A DNA stretch of 64,000 nt from assembly GCA_964016885.1 (NCBI GenBank), contig OZ024756.1, positions 12,586,001 through 12,650,000 on the forward strand. The letters are read 5' to 3'. Each line of letters opens with the position of its first letter. Within the stretch, counting starts at the first letter, position 1. Below the pieces are notes generated by a model, which did not search any database, was not told where the DNA came from, and saw only the letters and a list, made by a program, of their open reading frames with translations. Positions 25,502 to 38,733 of the stretch are shown here, one piece after another. Origin of the DNA: Eledone cirrhosa (lineage: Eukaryota). A program made the position numbers and the translations under genes.

Positions 25502-26065
25502 AGGCTAGCTAACTTGAGGAGAGGGGTGCTCTCCCTGGGTGCCCTAGAAGCGCATGGTGGTTCAGGATTGGTGGGGTACCTGAGTCACTCCTGGCTCAGC
25601 CACCCCCTAGAGGGGAATTTATTTTGTTATATTTATGCATAGTTTTATTTTATATTTTTATATCTTCATTGTTAAATTAGTCTTGCCATTGTGCGCTTTT
25701 ACTCGACCTTATTGTAAACCCCCACTGTCCCTGTCTTTGTATTGTCCCCTACATGTGAGCCCTTGTGGCCAATAAATGAAATCATTATTATTACTAGCAG
25801 AAAACCCACCCTTTGGATGGTTTTCTGCTAGCATGTGTAGTGTGTATATTGATATTATACGCAAGTATATATACATGTAGATATGATACATCAAATAAAA
25901 TCGTAATTGACAATATACACAGAAATTGAACGAAGACTGCGTTACACTGTCTTATGTAATCAGTAACGTAATCCATGATACATTAAAAAATGACGATATT
26001 ATATATAAACTGCATTAGGAGAAAATTAGTAACAGAAAATTAGTATGTTTATTTAAGTGATCGCC

Positions 26066-26153
26066 ACCGGAAGTGTTGACATCACACACTCTCTCTTTCT
26101 ATATATATGGTAGTTGAAGTGGTGGTGGTGGTGGCAACGAAATACCGGAAGTG
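26066..26153 (+). promoter_or_regulatory. paired ETS sites, possible promoter
   Basis: ACCGGAAGTG at 26066-26075 and 26144-26153. Confidence 0.4.
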
Positions 26154-26209
26154 CAACTTTGAAAATAAGTCAATTTTAAATTATTTATTTTTACGAAATT
26201 ATTTTTGTT

Positions 26210-26343
26210 TACGAAATTTAGTAGATAAATTATGTAATATTCATTAATTATTTATTCAAAGTAATCCAACTTATTTTACTAACGGGATAAAAAAAAAATA
26301 AACCGTACGCAGTCCTGCAGACCTTCCTTTATTATAGTTTAGA
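26210..26343 (-). mobile_element. Helitron-like 5' end fragment (copy at 52558-52690)
   Basis: - strand begins A|TCTAAACTATAATAAAG; two near-identical copies. Confidence 0.55.
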
Positions 26344-27139
26344 TTATTATATAAGGTAAGCTGCCAGTGATGACAAGAACTTCGCTGTCAGCGGCCCAAC
26401 TCCACCAAACGTCTTGAATGCGACAGACTGGAAAAAATAATTATTAGATAAATCAGGGTAAGTGTATCTGTTTAGTTGTTGGGCCTGAGTTCAATGTGAT
26501 TTTCTACAGCTGAATGCCCTTCCTATCACTGACATTCAGCTGTAGAAACATGCCAAAGTAAGGGTAGAAAGGGCACAACAACATTCCTAGTGTTGGTGAC
26601 ATGATAAATACATCCAGTACACTCTGTAAAGTGGTGGGTGATAAGAAGGGCTTCCAGTTGTAGAAACCATGCTAAAAAGAAAAAAGTCTTGAAGGAAGTC
26701 TTTAGTTGTGCCAAGGTCACAACAACCTCTCTAGTATTGGTGACATGATAAAGCACACCCAGTACCCTCTGTACTTGGGTGATCACCAACACTAGAGAGG
26801 TTGTCATGTCTAATATAAGTTCCGACCCTTTGTTTGGCAACAATCAAATTAAAGAAACTAGAAATAGCAGTTAAATCTCCCTCAAACCACACACTACCAT
26901 TCCTACCTTGGGTTAAACACCATCACTGCTCCCTCCACACCAAAAAGAAATCCAAAACACATATTACCATCTTGTGTGATGTACGATAGACCAGTAACTT
27001 CTGAAGGAGGGACACCATATTGAAATATGGCTTTTCTTAGGCATTTTAAAACCTGGCAGAGTACATCTCCTCTCCAGGTCTGAACACACCAAATTTCTTC
27101 CAGAGAACAATAGAAAGTGAGAAAGAGATATAGAGGGAG

Positions 27140-27280
27140 TATTGACCCCAGTACTTTTTATCGACCTTGAATGAATGAAAAAACAAAGTTAACCTCGGCG
27201 GGATTTGAACTCACAGAGCCGGAACAAATACCACAAAGCTTTCTATCTGACGTTCTAACAACTCTGCCAATTCACCACCC
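27140..27280 (-). mobile_element. SINE family A fragment
   Basis: cctcggcgggatttgaactc...ctgccaattcacc. Confidence 0.75.
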
Positions 27281-27650
27281 CTCCATCCATACAAAAAAAT
27301 AAATAAATAAATAATAAATTTTGTTACATATTTCATGTAATGATAAAATCAAATCTTTATTTTGAGATTTCAATTTATTTTTATTTATGTATGTTTTTAC
27401 ATCTTCAATAATACTTTTTTTTGTGTGTTTGTATAATTTTCTTTTTGTGGTTTCACAAAGGGTAGGGTAGGGCATATAGAACTTTTCGTTTTATACAAAA
27501 TAAACAAAAATAATTAAAAAAAAAAAAATTTTTTAAATGAACAATATAATTTCTCTTGTGAGAAAGAAATAATTCAGACTAAAGAGGAAGGTAAAGAAAT
27601 ATTGAGAAGAAAGACAGAGAAGATTTCTTGGGATTTATCCCACAAATATA

Positions 27651-27807
27651 TACAGGTAAAATACCATTATAACGAAATTTTCAATCCCCGAGGTAATAAC
27701 AAACAAATGCTTGATTTGTTTCGGTCCATCTCGTTATAAAGAATTTTTCATTACAGCAAATTTTTTTTATACCTTGTGAATTTCGTTATAAGAGAATTTC
27801 ACGGTAA
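27651..27807. mobile_element. pogo/Tigger-like MITE
   Basis: tacaggtaaaataccattataacgaaatt ... aatttcgttataagagaatttcacggta. Confidence 0.6.
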
Positions 27808-28062
27808 TTTCTTTTTTTCTTTTGCATTTATTATTGTCCAAATTGTTGTTTATGGCTGTGAAGATAGTTGCTGCTAATGCAAAATTCACTCTATCTGAAA
27901 CAGAGGGTTTATAGCTGTGAGGGTAGTTTTATTTAATACCAAGTTAGCCCACCACTATCTGAATCAGCAGTTATGATATTAATGCAACAGTCAATATGCA
28001 TATGTAAGAATTAGTTAGACTGGTCATCAGTAATGCACACACACACACACACACATATGTAC

Positions 28063-28325
28063 CAGTGGCGAAGGGTAACCTGGAAAGCAGGGCATGCAGT
28101 CCAATCGGCATGGCGGAAAATGGGGCTGTGCAGCCTTACCCCTCCCAAAATTCCCTCTAAATGACCCTCCCGGTCAAAGCCACATGTAGTGTTATCTTTT
28201 TTTGTGTCTATACGATTTAGTAAGCAGCCAAAATTCTGCTTGCTTCAACCAACGCAATTGATCAACTCAAGAGATTCTATAATGCATGCACTGCATGCGT
28301 TGCATGCACGCACCCTTCGCCCCTG
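28063..28325. mobile_element. hAT MITE with intact 8-bp TSD
   Basis: TIRs CAGTGGCGAAGGGT / ACCCTTCGCCCCTG; TSD ATATGTAC at 28055-28062 and 28326-28333. Confidence 0.92.
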
Positions 28326-28459
28326 ATATGTACATATGTGTGTGTGTGTAGTTATTTTTGGTATATGTAACAAATAATATATATCTAATCTACATCTTTT
28401 AAGTATTGAGTACTCAGGTGAATTATGCTTTTACCACTATCTTAGCCATATACATATAC

Positions 28460-28492
<33 letters not shown>

Positions 28493-28557
28493 CCAACCTT
28501 TGCTAGTAGGGAAAACTGATGTTAAATTATGATGATGTACATGTATGTATAACAGAG

Positions 28558-28772
28558 TTAACCACATTCCTAAAGCAATACACTATTTTAAATTAGTTAA
28601 TGGAAAATTTTAAGGAATTTACTATAATTATTAATTATTTCATTACTAAGATAGTTACTTAATATGAAATTATCATGGAAGATTTTAATCTAAATTGAAA
28701 ACCTTTGAAATGGGTGGTTTTCTTTCATAGAACCAGGGCTGGTTTACACTGGGTTGGTAACTAAAGGGTTAA
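28558..28772. mobile_element. piggyBac-type MITE remnant
   Basis: Right end ggtaactaaagggTTAA; degenerate left end TTAAcc. Confidence 0.45.
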
Positions 28773-28967
28773 AGGAATTGGGTGCTGACCAGAAAACTAA
28801 GAGTTGAGAGAGGGTGGAAGAAGACACAGTCAAGTACCGGAGCTGCATTGTAATAATGTTTATATACAACTGTTTGTCTTGCAATGATACATATTTGCAA
28901 TCACTAGTGCTATAATAATGCATGTACAGCTACTAGTGACTTAATGATACACACATACAGTTAATAG

Positions 28968-31900
28968 TTCTGTAATGGTACATATACAGATACTAATGCT
29001 GTAATGGTACATATACAGTCACTAATGCTGTAATGGTACATATACAGATACTAATGCTGTAATGGTACATATACAGTCACTAATGCTGTAATGGTACATA
29101 TACAGATACTAATGCTGTAATGGTACATATACAGTCACTAATGCTGTAATGGTACATATACAGATACTAATGCTGTAATGGTACATATACAGATACTAAT
29201 GCTGTAATGGTACATATACAGTCACTAATGCTGTAATGGTACATATACAGATACTAATGCTGTAATGGTACATATACAGATACTAATGCTGTAATGGTAC
29301 ATGTACAGATACTAATGCTGTAATGGTACATATACAGATACTAATGCTGTAATGGTACATGTACAGATACTAATGCTGTAATGGTACATATACAGATACT
29401 AATGCTGTAATGGTACATATACAGTCACTAATGCTGTAATGGTACATATACAGTCACTAATGCTGTAATGGTACATATACAGTCACTAATGCTGTAATGG
29501 TACATATACAGTCACTAATGCTGTAATGGTACATATACAGTCACTAATGCTGTAATGGTACATATACAGATACTAATGCTGTAATGGTACATATACAGAT
29601 ACTAATGCTGTAATGGTACATATACAGATACTAATGCTGTAATGGTACATATACAGTCACTAATGCTGTAATGGTACATATACAGATACTAATGCTGTAA
29701 TGGTACATATACAGTCACTAATGCTGTAATGGTACATATACAGTCACTAATGCTGTAATGGTACATATACAGTCACTAATGCTGTAATGGTACATGTACA
29801 GATACTAATGCTGTAATGGTACATGTACAGATACTAATGCTGTAATGGTACATATACAGTCACTAATGCTGTAATGGTACATATACAGATACTAATGCTG
29901 TAATGGTACATGTACAGATACTAATGCTGTAATGGTACATGTACAGATACTAATGCTGTAATGGTACATATACAGTCACTAATGCTGTAATGGTACATAT
30001 ACAGATACTAATGCTGTAATGGTACATATACAGTCACTAATGCTGTAATGGTACATATACAGTCACTAATGCTGTAATGGTACATATACAGATACTAATG
30101 CTGTAATGGTACATATACAGATACTAGTGCTGTAATGGTACATATACAGATACTAATGCTGTAATGGTACATATACAGATACTAATGCTGTAATGGTACA
30201 TATACAGATACTAATGCTGTAATGGTACATATACAGATACTAATGCTGTAATGGTACATATACAGATACTAATGCTGTAATGGTACATGTACAGATACTA
30301 ATGCTGTAATGGTACATATACAGATACTAATGCTGTAATGGTACATATACAGTCACTAATGCTGTAATGGTACATATACAGTCACTAATGCTGTAATGGT
30401 ACATATACAGTCACTAATGCTGTAATGGTACATATACAGATACTAATGCTGTAATGGTACATATACAGATACTAATGCTGTAATGGTACATATACAGATA
30501 CTAATGCTGTAATGGTACATATACAGATACTAATGCTGTAATGGTACATATACAGTCACTAATGCTGTAATGGTACATATACAGTCACTAATGCTGTAAT
30601 GGTACATATACAGTCACTAATGCTGTAATGGTACATATACAGTCACTAATGCTGTAATGGTACATATACAGATACTAATGCTGTAATGGTACATATACAG
30701 ATACTAATGCTGTAATGGTACATATACAGATACTAATGCTGTAATGGTACATATACAGTCACTAATGCTGTAATGGTACATATACAGTCACTAATGCTGT
30801 AATGGTACATATACAGTCACTAATGCTGTAATGGTACATATACAGTCACTAATGCTGTAATGGTACATATACAGTCACTAATGCTGTAATGGTACATATA
30901 CAGATACTAATGCTGTAATGGTACATATACAGTCACTAATGCTGTAATGGTACATATACAGTCACTAATGCTGTAATGGTACATATACAGTCACTAATGC
31001 TGTAATGGTACATATACAGTCACTAATGCTGTAATGGTACATATACAGATACTAATGCTGTAATGGTACATATACAGTCACTAATGCTGTAATGGTACAT
31101 ATACAGTCACTAATGCTGTAATGGTACATATACAGTCACTAATGCTGTAATGGTACATATACAGTCACTAATGCTGTAATGGTACATATACAGTCACTAA
31201 TGCTGTAATGGTACATATACAGATACTAATGCTGTAATGGTACATATACAGATACTAATGCTGTAATGGTACATATACAGATACTAATGCTGTAATGGTA
31301 CATATACAGTCACTAATGCTGTAATGGTACATATACAGTCACTAATGCTGTAATGGTACATATACAGTCACTAATGCTGTAATGGTACATATACAGTCAC
31401 TAATGCTGTAATGGTACATATACAGTCACTAATGCTGTAATGGTACATATACAGATACTAATGCTGTAATGGTACATATACAGTCACTAATGCTGTAATG
31501 GTACATATACAGTCACTAATGCTGTAATGGTACATATACAGTCACTAATGCTGTAATGGTACATATACAGTCACTAATGCTGTAATGGTACATATACAGT
31601 CACTAATGCTGTAATGGTACATATACAGATACTAATGCTGTAATGGTACATATACAGATACTAATGCTGTAATGGTACATATACAGATACTAATGCTGTA
31701 ATGGTACATATACAGTCACTAATGCTGTAATGGTACATATACAGATACTAATGCTGTAATGGTACATATACAGATACTAATGCTGTAATGGTACATATAC
31801 AGTCACTAATGCTGTAATGGTACATATACAGTCACTAATGCTGTAATGGTACATATACAGTCACTAATGCTGTAATGGTACATATACAGATACTAATGCT

Positions 31901-32990
31901 GTAATGGTACATATACAGTCACTAATGCTGTAATGGTACATATACAGATACTAATGCTGTAATGGTACATATACAGTCACTAATGCTGTAATGGTACATA
32001 TACAGTCACTAATGCTGTAATGGTACATATACAGTCACTAATGCTGTAATGGTACATATACAGTCACTAATGCTGTAATGGTACATATACAGTCACTAAT
32101 GCTGTAATGGTACATATACAGATACTAATGCTGTAATGGTACATGTACAGATACTAATGCTGTAATGGTACATGTACAGATACTAATGCTGTAATGGTAC
32201 ATATACAGTCACTAATGCTGTAATGGTACATATACAGTCACTAATGCTGTAATGGTACATATACAGTCACTAATGCTGTAATGGTACATATACAGATACT
32301 AATGCTGTAATGGTACATATACAGATACTAATGCTGTAATGGTACATATACAGATACTAATGCTGTAATGGTACATATACAGATACTAATGCTGTAATGG
32401 TACATATACAGTCACTAATGCTGTAATGGTACATATACAGTCACTAATGCTGTAATGGTACATATACAGATACTAATGCTGTAATGGTACATATACAGAT
32501 ACTAATGCTGTAATGGTACATATACAGATACTAATGCTGTAATGGTACATATACAGATACTAATGCTGTAATGGTACATATACAGATACTAATGCTGTAA
32601 TGGTACATATACAGTCACTAATGCTGTAATGGTACATATACAGTCACTAATGCTGTAATGGTACATATACAGTCACTAATGCTGTAATGGTACATATACA
32701 GTCACTAATGCTGCAATGGTACATATACAGTCACTAATGCTGTAATGGTACATATACAGTCACTAATGCTGTAATGGTACATATACAGTCACTAATGCTG
32801 TAATGGTACATATACAGATACTAATGCTGTAATGGTACATATACAGTCACTAATGCTGTAATGGTACATATACAGTCACTAATGCTGTAATGGTACATAT
32901 ACAGATACTAATGCTGTAATGGTACATATACAGATACTAATGCTGTAATGGTACATATACAGTCACTAATGCTGTAATGGTACATATACA
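28968..32990. repeat. 29-bp satellite with two main monomer variants
   Basis: catatacag(at/tc)actaatgctgtaatggta over about 4 kb; diverged monomers continue to about 35670. Confidence 0.99.
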
Positions 32991-33323
32991 TAGAGTCACT
33001 AGAGGTGTATTAATATATATATACAGCTACTAGTGACTTTATGATACACACATACAGTCACTAGAGGTATATTATATATACAGCTACTAGTGACTTTATG
33101 ATACACACATACAGTCACTAGAGGTATATTATATATACAGCTACTAGTGACTTTATGATACACACATACAGTCACTAGAGGTATATTATACACATACAGC
33201 CACAAGAGATATATTAATACATATACACCTATTAGTGACATAATGATACATATATACATATATATATATATAGTCACTAGGGATGTGATGATACATATAC
33301 AGCTATTAGTTACATATTGATAC

Positions 33324-33371
<48 letters not shown>

Positions 33372-33545
33372 CGTTTCTGAATTTTATATATATAAACTAC
33401 TATCTGGTTGTGGAACCAACCAACCAACCAGAAATTTATAGGTTTGTAAATTTGTAAATTTATAAATTTATAAATATATAATAAATTGAAGTGAAAGCAA
33501 CTGGTGCGTGTGTTTCTTATTGGCAACATGACCCTCCCAAAGTAT

Positions 33546-33583
<38 letters not shown>

Positions 33584-33634
33584 TCACTAGTGTTGTAATG
33601 ATACATATACAGCTATTAGTTACATAATGATACA

Positions 33635-34214
33635 TAAAAATACGTATTTAAGAAAGCCACAACAATGCAAAGGGAAATCTCGAGGTAGGAAGTGAAATAT
33701 AGATAGGAAAAACAGGTGAAAGTGAAAATTGAGAGAGACAAAGATGAAAACAAAACAAAGGTAGAAGGGTTACCGTAGTAGAGATTTAATCCCAATATTT
33801 CGGGCTCACGCCCATCAACGGGGGAAAGTTCCAAAAGGGGGGGAACAGGCCAAGCGGAGAAAGTTGTGATGTCGTTAAGACAGGAATGCCGTTAAGGGGG
33901 GGAACAGGCCAAGCGGAGAAAGTTGTGATGTCGTTAAGACAGGAATGCCGTTGATAACGGCATTCCTGTCTTAACGACATCACAACTTTCTCCGCTTGGC
34001 CTGTTCCCCCCCTTTTGGAACTTTCCCCCGTTGATGGGCGCGAGCCCGAAATATTGGGATTAAATCTCTACTACGGTAACCCTTCTACCTTTGTTTTGTT
34101 TTCATCTTTGTCTCTCTCAATTTTCACTTTCACCTGTTTTTCCTATCTATCTTTCACTTCCTACCTCGAGATTTCCCTCTGCATTGTTGTGGCTTTCTTA
34201 AATACGTATTTTTA
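33635..34214. repeat. large fold-back palindrome
   Basis: About 260-bp near-perfect arms centred on 33953-33955; the left arm has an extra duplication of about 58 bp. Confidence 0.97.
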
Positions 34215-34276
34215 CACATTTCCCAATGCTTCAAGCAAACTTTAACACCCTCTTATAATGATACATATATACATAT

Positions 34277-34767
34277 ATCATCATCACCGTTTTACGTCCG
34301 TTCTTCCACGCTAGCATGGGTTAGACGGGTTGTCCTGTTGTGGGCAGTGGTCCGGTCGGCTGACCTTGTCTTGCTCCTACAGGAACTGATTCTGGCTTGA
34401 TTTCTACAGCTGGATGCCCTTCCTAACACCAACCTCATTTACAGTGAGTGCTGAGTGCTTTCTTTCCGTGGCGTCTACACGTCCACTTTACAGTGAGTGC
34501 TGGGTGCTTTCTTTCCGTGGCGTCTACACGTCCACTTTACAGTGAGTGCTGGGTGCTTTTTTGCCTTGGCACCTCCACGACCACTTTGCGGTGGAATGAT
34601 AGGGACCCCAGTCCCTATCATCTCATTTCTACAGCTGAGTAAACTGGAGCAATGTGAAATAAAGTGTCTTGCTCAAGGAAACAACACATCACCCGGTCCA
34701 AGGATTGAACTCACAACCTTTCGATTGCAAGGCCAATGCTCTAACCACTAAGCCATGCGCCTTCACA
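34277..34767 (-). mobile_element. SINE family B
   Basis: tRNA-like head, body and RTE-type tail. Confidence 0.9.
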
Positions 34768-35152
34768 TATATATATATATATATAGTATCTAGTGTTGTG
34801 ATGGTACATATACAGCTTTTAGTTACATAATGATACATATATATATAGTTACTAGAAGTGTAATGGTACATATATGTATTAGTACTTATACAGCCACTAG
34901 TGTTGTAATGGTACATATATAGCTATTAGTTACATAATGATACATATATATATAGTTACTAGAAGTGTAATGGTACATATATGTATTAGTACTTATACAG
35001 CCACTAGTGTTGTAATGGTACATATACAGCTTTTAGTTACATAATGATACATATATATATAGTTACTAGAGGTGTAATGGTACATATATGTATTAGTACT
35101 TATACAGCCACTAGTGTTGTAATGGTACATATACAGCTTTTAGTTACATAAT

Positions 35153-35572
35153 GATTTCTACTATAAGCACAAGGCCAGCAATTTGGGGCGAGGAGAAAGT
35201 CGATTAAATCAAACCCAGTGCGTTATTGGTGCTTGATTTTATTGACCCCGTAAGGATGAAAAGCATAAACCAACCTTGGTGGGATTTGAACTCAGAACGT
35301 AAAGGGCTGTAACTCTGTGCTGCAAAGCATGGTGTCCAGCACGCCACCGATACTACCAATAATTGTTTCTACTTTTGGCACAAGGCCAGCTATTACCCCC
35401 AGTGCATTACTGGTACTTTATTTTATCGACCCTGTAAGGATGAAAGGCAAAGTTAACCTCGGCGGGATTTGAACTCAGAATGGCAAGGACCGTAACTCTA
35501 TGCGTCAAAGCATGGCGTCCGACCCTCTACCGATACTGCCAATCCACCGCCCTTTACCGATACTACCAATAA
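35153..35572 (-). mobile_element. two tandem SINE family A copies
   Basis: Reverse-complement heads and bodies at about 35153-35360 and 35361-35555. Confidence 0.85.
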
Positions 35573-36975
35573 TGCATATATATATACAGTCACTAGAGGT
35601 GTAATGGTAAATATACAGCTACTGTGATACACACACACATACAGTTACTAATGCTATAATGATACATGCCTAAATAACCATTGATAAATTTGATAGGTTT
35701 CGGACAGTATTGGCCCAGGCCATGTCTAACTTAATAGCACCACATTAAAGGCTATGTTTGTTTAAGCAGCATAAACTGTGGATGTTGCAACAGACTGAAA
35801 TATTTTAGCCAAGAGGGAAGCGTGGACAGTTTTGATAAAATGGTTGAGTAGGATGAGGTTGATGTCAACAGCTGTGCCTTCCTCAAATGACCTATTTTGG
35901 GGGGAAAATGTATTTTGATTTTTAACATTGAAATAAAAGCGCTTGGCATATGTAGCAGGGAATAGAGAGTTGTATAGTAGGGAATAGAGAGTTGTATAGT
36001 AGGGCATAGGGAGTTGTATAGTAGGTCATAGGGAGTTAACAGCAATTGTGATACTGTGGTCCTTGTAAGACTTTTTCAACATTATATAACTATAATGATC
36101 CACAGAAGACAGCCAATGAGCAGGAATTGTCCTTGTGCTTGTGTCTTACAAGTTTTCTCTTCCCTTTTTTCTGATGTGTTTCTTTATAATATTTCCTAGT
36201 AATCACACAATCACACAGCCCCATTTTGAAATCTATTTTATATATATATATATATATATGAAGATCAAAGTTGCACAAAAGCTGATTGCTTTCATAACTA
36301 TATATATCATCATGTATTTATAAATATATATATCTATATATTAATAGACGGTATTAGTTGCATGCCTTCAAAATACTTTAAGTTTCATTGACATTTTTTG
36401 TTGAGGACAGTAATTCACCCTTATCAAAGCTGAGACGAAGTCATCAGATAGGACCAAAGATCTTCAATCGTTCTCCCACTCACTCGATGTTTTAACTAAG
36501 CTAGTATCATTACGATACCAACCCAACTGAAAACAGAGTGCACAATAATACGTTAAATAGTGAGGACGATTTTGTGTGGGTAGAGAATGAGATTCCTTCT
36601 TCCTGGACAAATTATTTATATATTTATATATATATATATATATATATAAGTATTAAAGTTTCCGTTGAAATTTGTACATACACACATATGTACATTTGTA
36701 AGTGAATATACACACATTTATACACATACCCTTACTATATTTCCTTATTTTATTTTTATATATCTCTTGCATTACTTTTATTTATATTTTTTGCTTTAAA
36801 CTTTTGCCTTTCTTGAGGAGATTTTTCAAATATTTCACTATGTTTTACATTGCCTTGTCTGAGTCCTGACAAACGAATGAGGACGTTTCTTGTATTCGTC
36901 TTATTCGGGAAACCTCTGGTAATGAGGTAATTATATTGTATTGTTTATTATACATTATATATATATATATATATA

Positions 36976-37271
36976 TAAAGAAAAAGAGATGAAATTGAAA
37001 ATGCAACTGGAGTCTTATTTTTTTTTTAAATATATATATTTATTTGGTTCCTTTACCGGTTTCGCAGTTCTTCTGCTTTTCAAAAGGTGAGTTGAGATGG
37101 AGGGTCTGTGGTTTTTCTCACAGATGTGAGAAAAACCACAGACCCTCCATCTCAACTCACCTTTTGAAAAGCAGAAGAACTGCGAAACCGGTAAAGGAAC
37201 CAAATAAATATATATATTTAAAAAAAAAATAAGACTCCAGTTGCATTTTCAATTTCATCTCTTTTTCTTTA
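36976..37271. repeat. perfect fold-back palindrome (147-bp arms, 2-nt loop)
   Basis: Centre at 37123-37124. Confidence 0.98.
37160..37197 (+). ncRNA. minimal type I hammerhead ribozyme, U3-A8 core variant (mirror copy at 37050-37087, -)
   Basis: CCTT / TTGAAAA / GCAG-AAGAA-CTGC / GAAA-CCGG-TA / AAGG. Confidence 0.72.
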
Positions 37272-37333
37272 CACTTTCACTCGTGTAGGACACCTCGGTT
37301 ATTTTTCATTTTGTAAAAAAACCTCACTTTCTA

Positions 37334-37377
<44 letters not shown>

Positions 37378-38035
37378 TGTTGGTTCCACAACAAATTAGC
37401 AAACCATACTTGAGGACGCACGTTTCGCTGAACATATTTTCAACCCATGTATGGCTGTGGTGAGAAAGGAAATGTATATGAGCTGGAGCTGGCTGGATTT
37501 TGTGCAACAGATGAGGGTAGTTTAGTGACAAAGGAGACGACTTAAATTAGACTGTTGCAGGAGGTGGGGCGGTTCGTTTGAGTTATTTCATTCAGGGGTT
37601 ACATTTATGGTTATGCTGGGTCTTACTAGTTACATAAAAGATACTTCAAAGTGAAACATGGGTAAGTTTAGGAAGCTATATGATGCATGTGGGTTATAGA
37701 ATTATTAAGGTAACAAGTCAGAAGGGAATTGAAAAAAGTGAGTTTATTAGGGGCTAATAAATTACTAAGGTAGCATTCAGTCATTCTTTTCTTTTTATTT
37801 TCTTCTTTCTTCCACTTTTTGCCTTTTACCTCACTTCTTTCAATTCCCTTCTGACTTGTTACCTTAATAATTCTAAAACCCACATACATTGTATAGCTTC
37901 CTAAACATGTCCATCTTTCACTATACATATTTCACAAAGCTTCAAGAAAACTACATCTTATTTATATATATATATCCATATGCAGTTGACAGCCAAGGGA
38001 AAAGAATACTCAATACCAAAGAAGAGTTTAAATAT

Positions 38036-38187
38036 TCATTTTATTGAGGCTAAATAGTGAGTCTTGTTATTCTGGAGTCTCACCTGCTTCTCACAAGGTC
38101 ATCAGACAAGAAATTGTCTGATGACTTTGTGAGAAGCAGGTGAGACTCCAGAGTTGCAAGACTTACTATTTAGCCTCAATAAAATGA
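38036..38187. repeat. fold-back palindrome (74-bp arms, GAAA loop)
   Basis: Centre at 38110-38113; each arm carries CTGATGA on its own strand. Confidence 0.93.
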
Positions 38188-38251
<64 letters not shown>

Positions 38252-38693
38252 ATGGTTGATTTTGAAATTTCAGGGAAATAGTAATATCTAGGAGTAAAAA
38301 TAAATAAAAGAAAATAGACCAAAAAGAAAATAAATCATTTAGGGGTCATCTGTATTTTTGTTTGATGTTTTGCAGCAGATAAAATCATCTCAGAGGAGAG
38401 AGTGTTGGAAGAAGAAGACACGAGACAAAAAAATTATATAAATTGAGTGAAAATAAATATATAAATAAATAGTAAATAAATAGGGGAGGGGGAATAAGTT
38501 AAAGCATGTGTTGAGTGGTGTGGTGGGGTGGGGAAATGTGTGTTGAGTGGTGTGGGGATCTAGAGATTGTCCAAATGTGCAGTAATGGGTCAAAAGTTAG
38601 GGAGTGGAAGATAGGTAACAAAAATAGGAAGGAAAGAATATCATTCCCAAGTGAAGAGACACACAGACAACAGTTCAAAGTAGAGAAAATATT

Positions 38694-38733
<40 letters not shown>

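Noticed and set aside
34690-34767. tRNA gene
   Set aside because: The A/B boxes belong to a SINE head; no complete cloverleaf, and it continues into the SINE body.
36370-36455. Minus-strand CTGATGA...GAAAC hammerhead
   Set aside because: I could not form convincing stems I and II.
36866-36927. Active hammerhead
   Set aside because: Good stem II, but the core CTGACAA breaks the C3-G8 pair and stem I is not adjacent; counted only as a decayed copy.
33616-37232. Pairs of identical ORFs on opposite strands
   Set aside because: A by-product of the palindromes; non-ATG starts and no domain.
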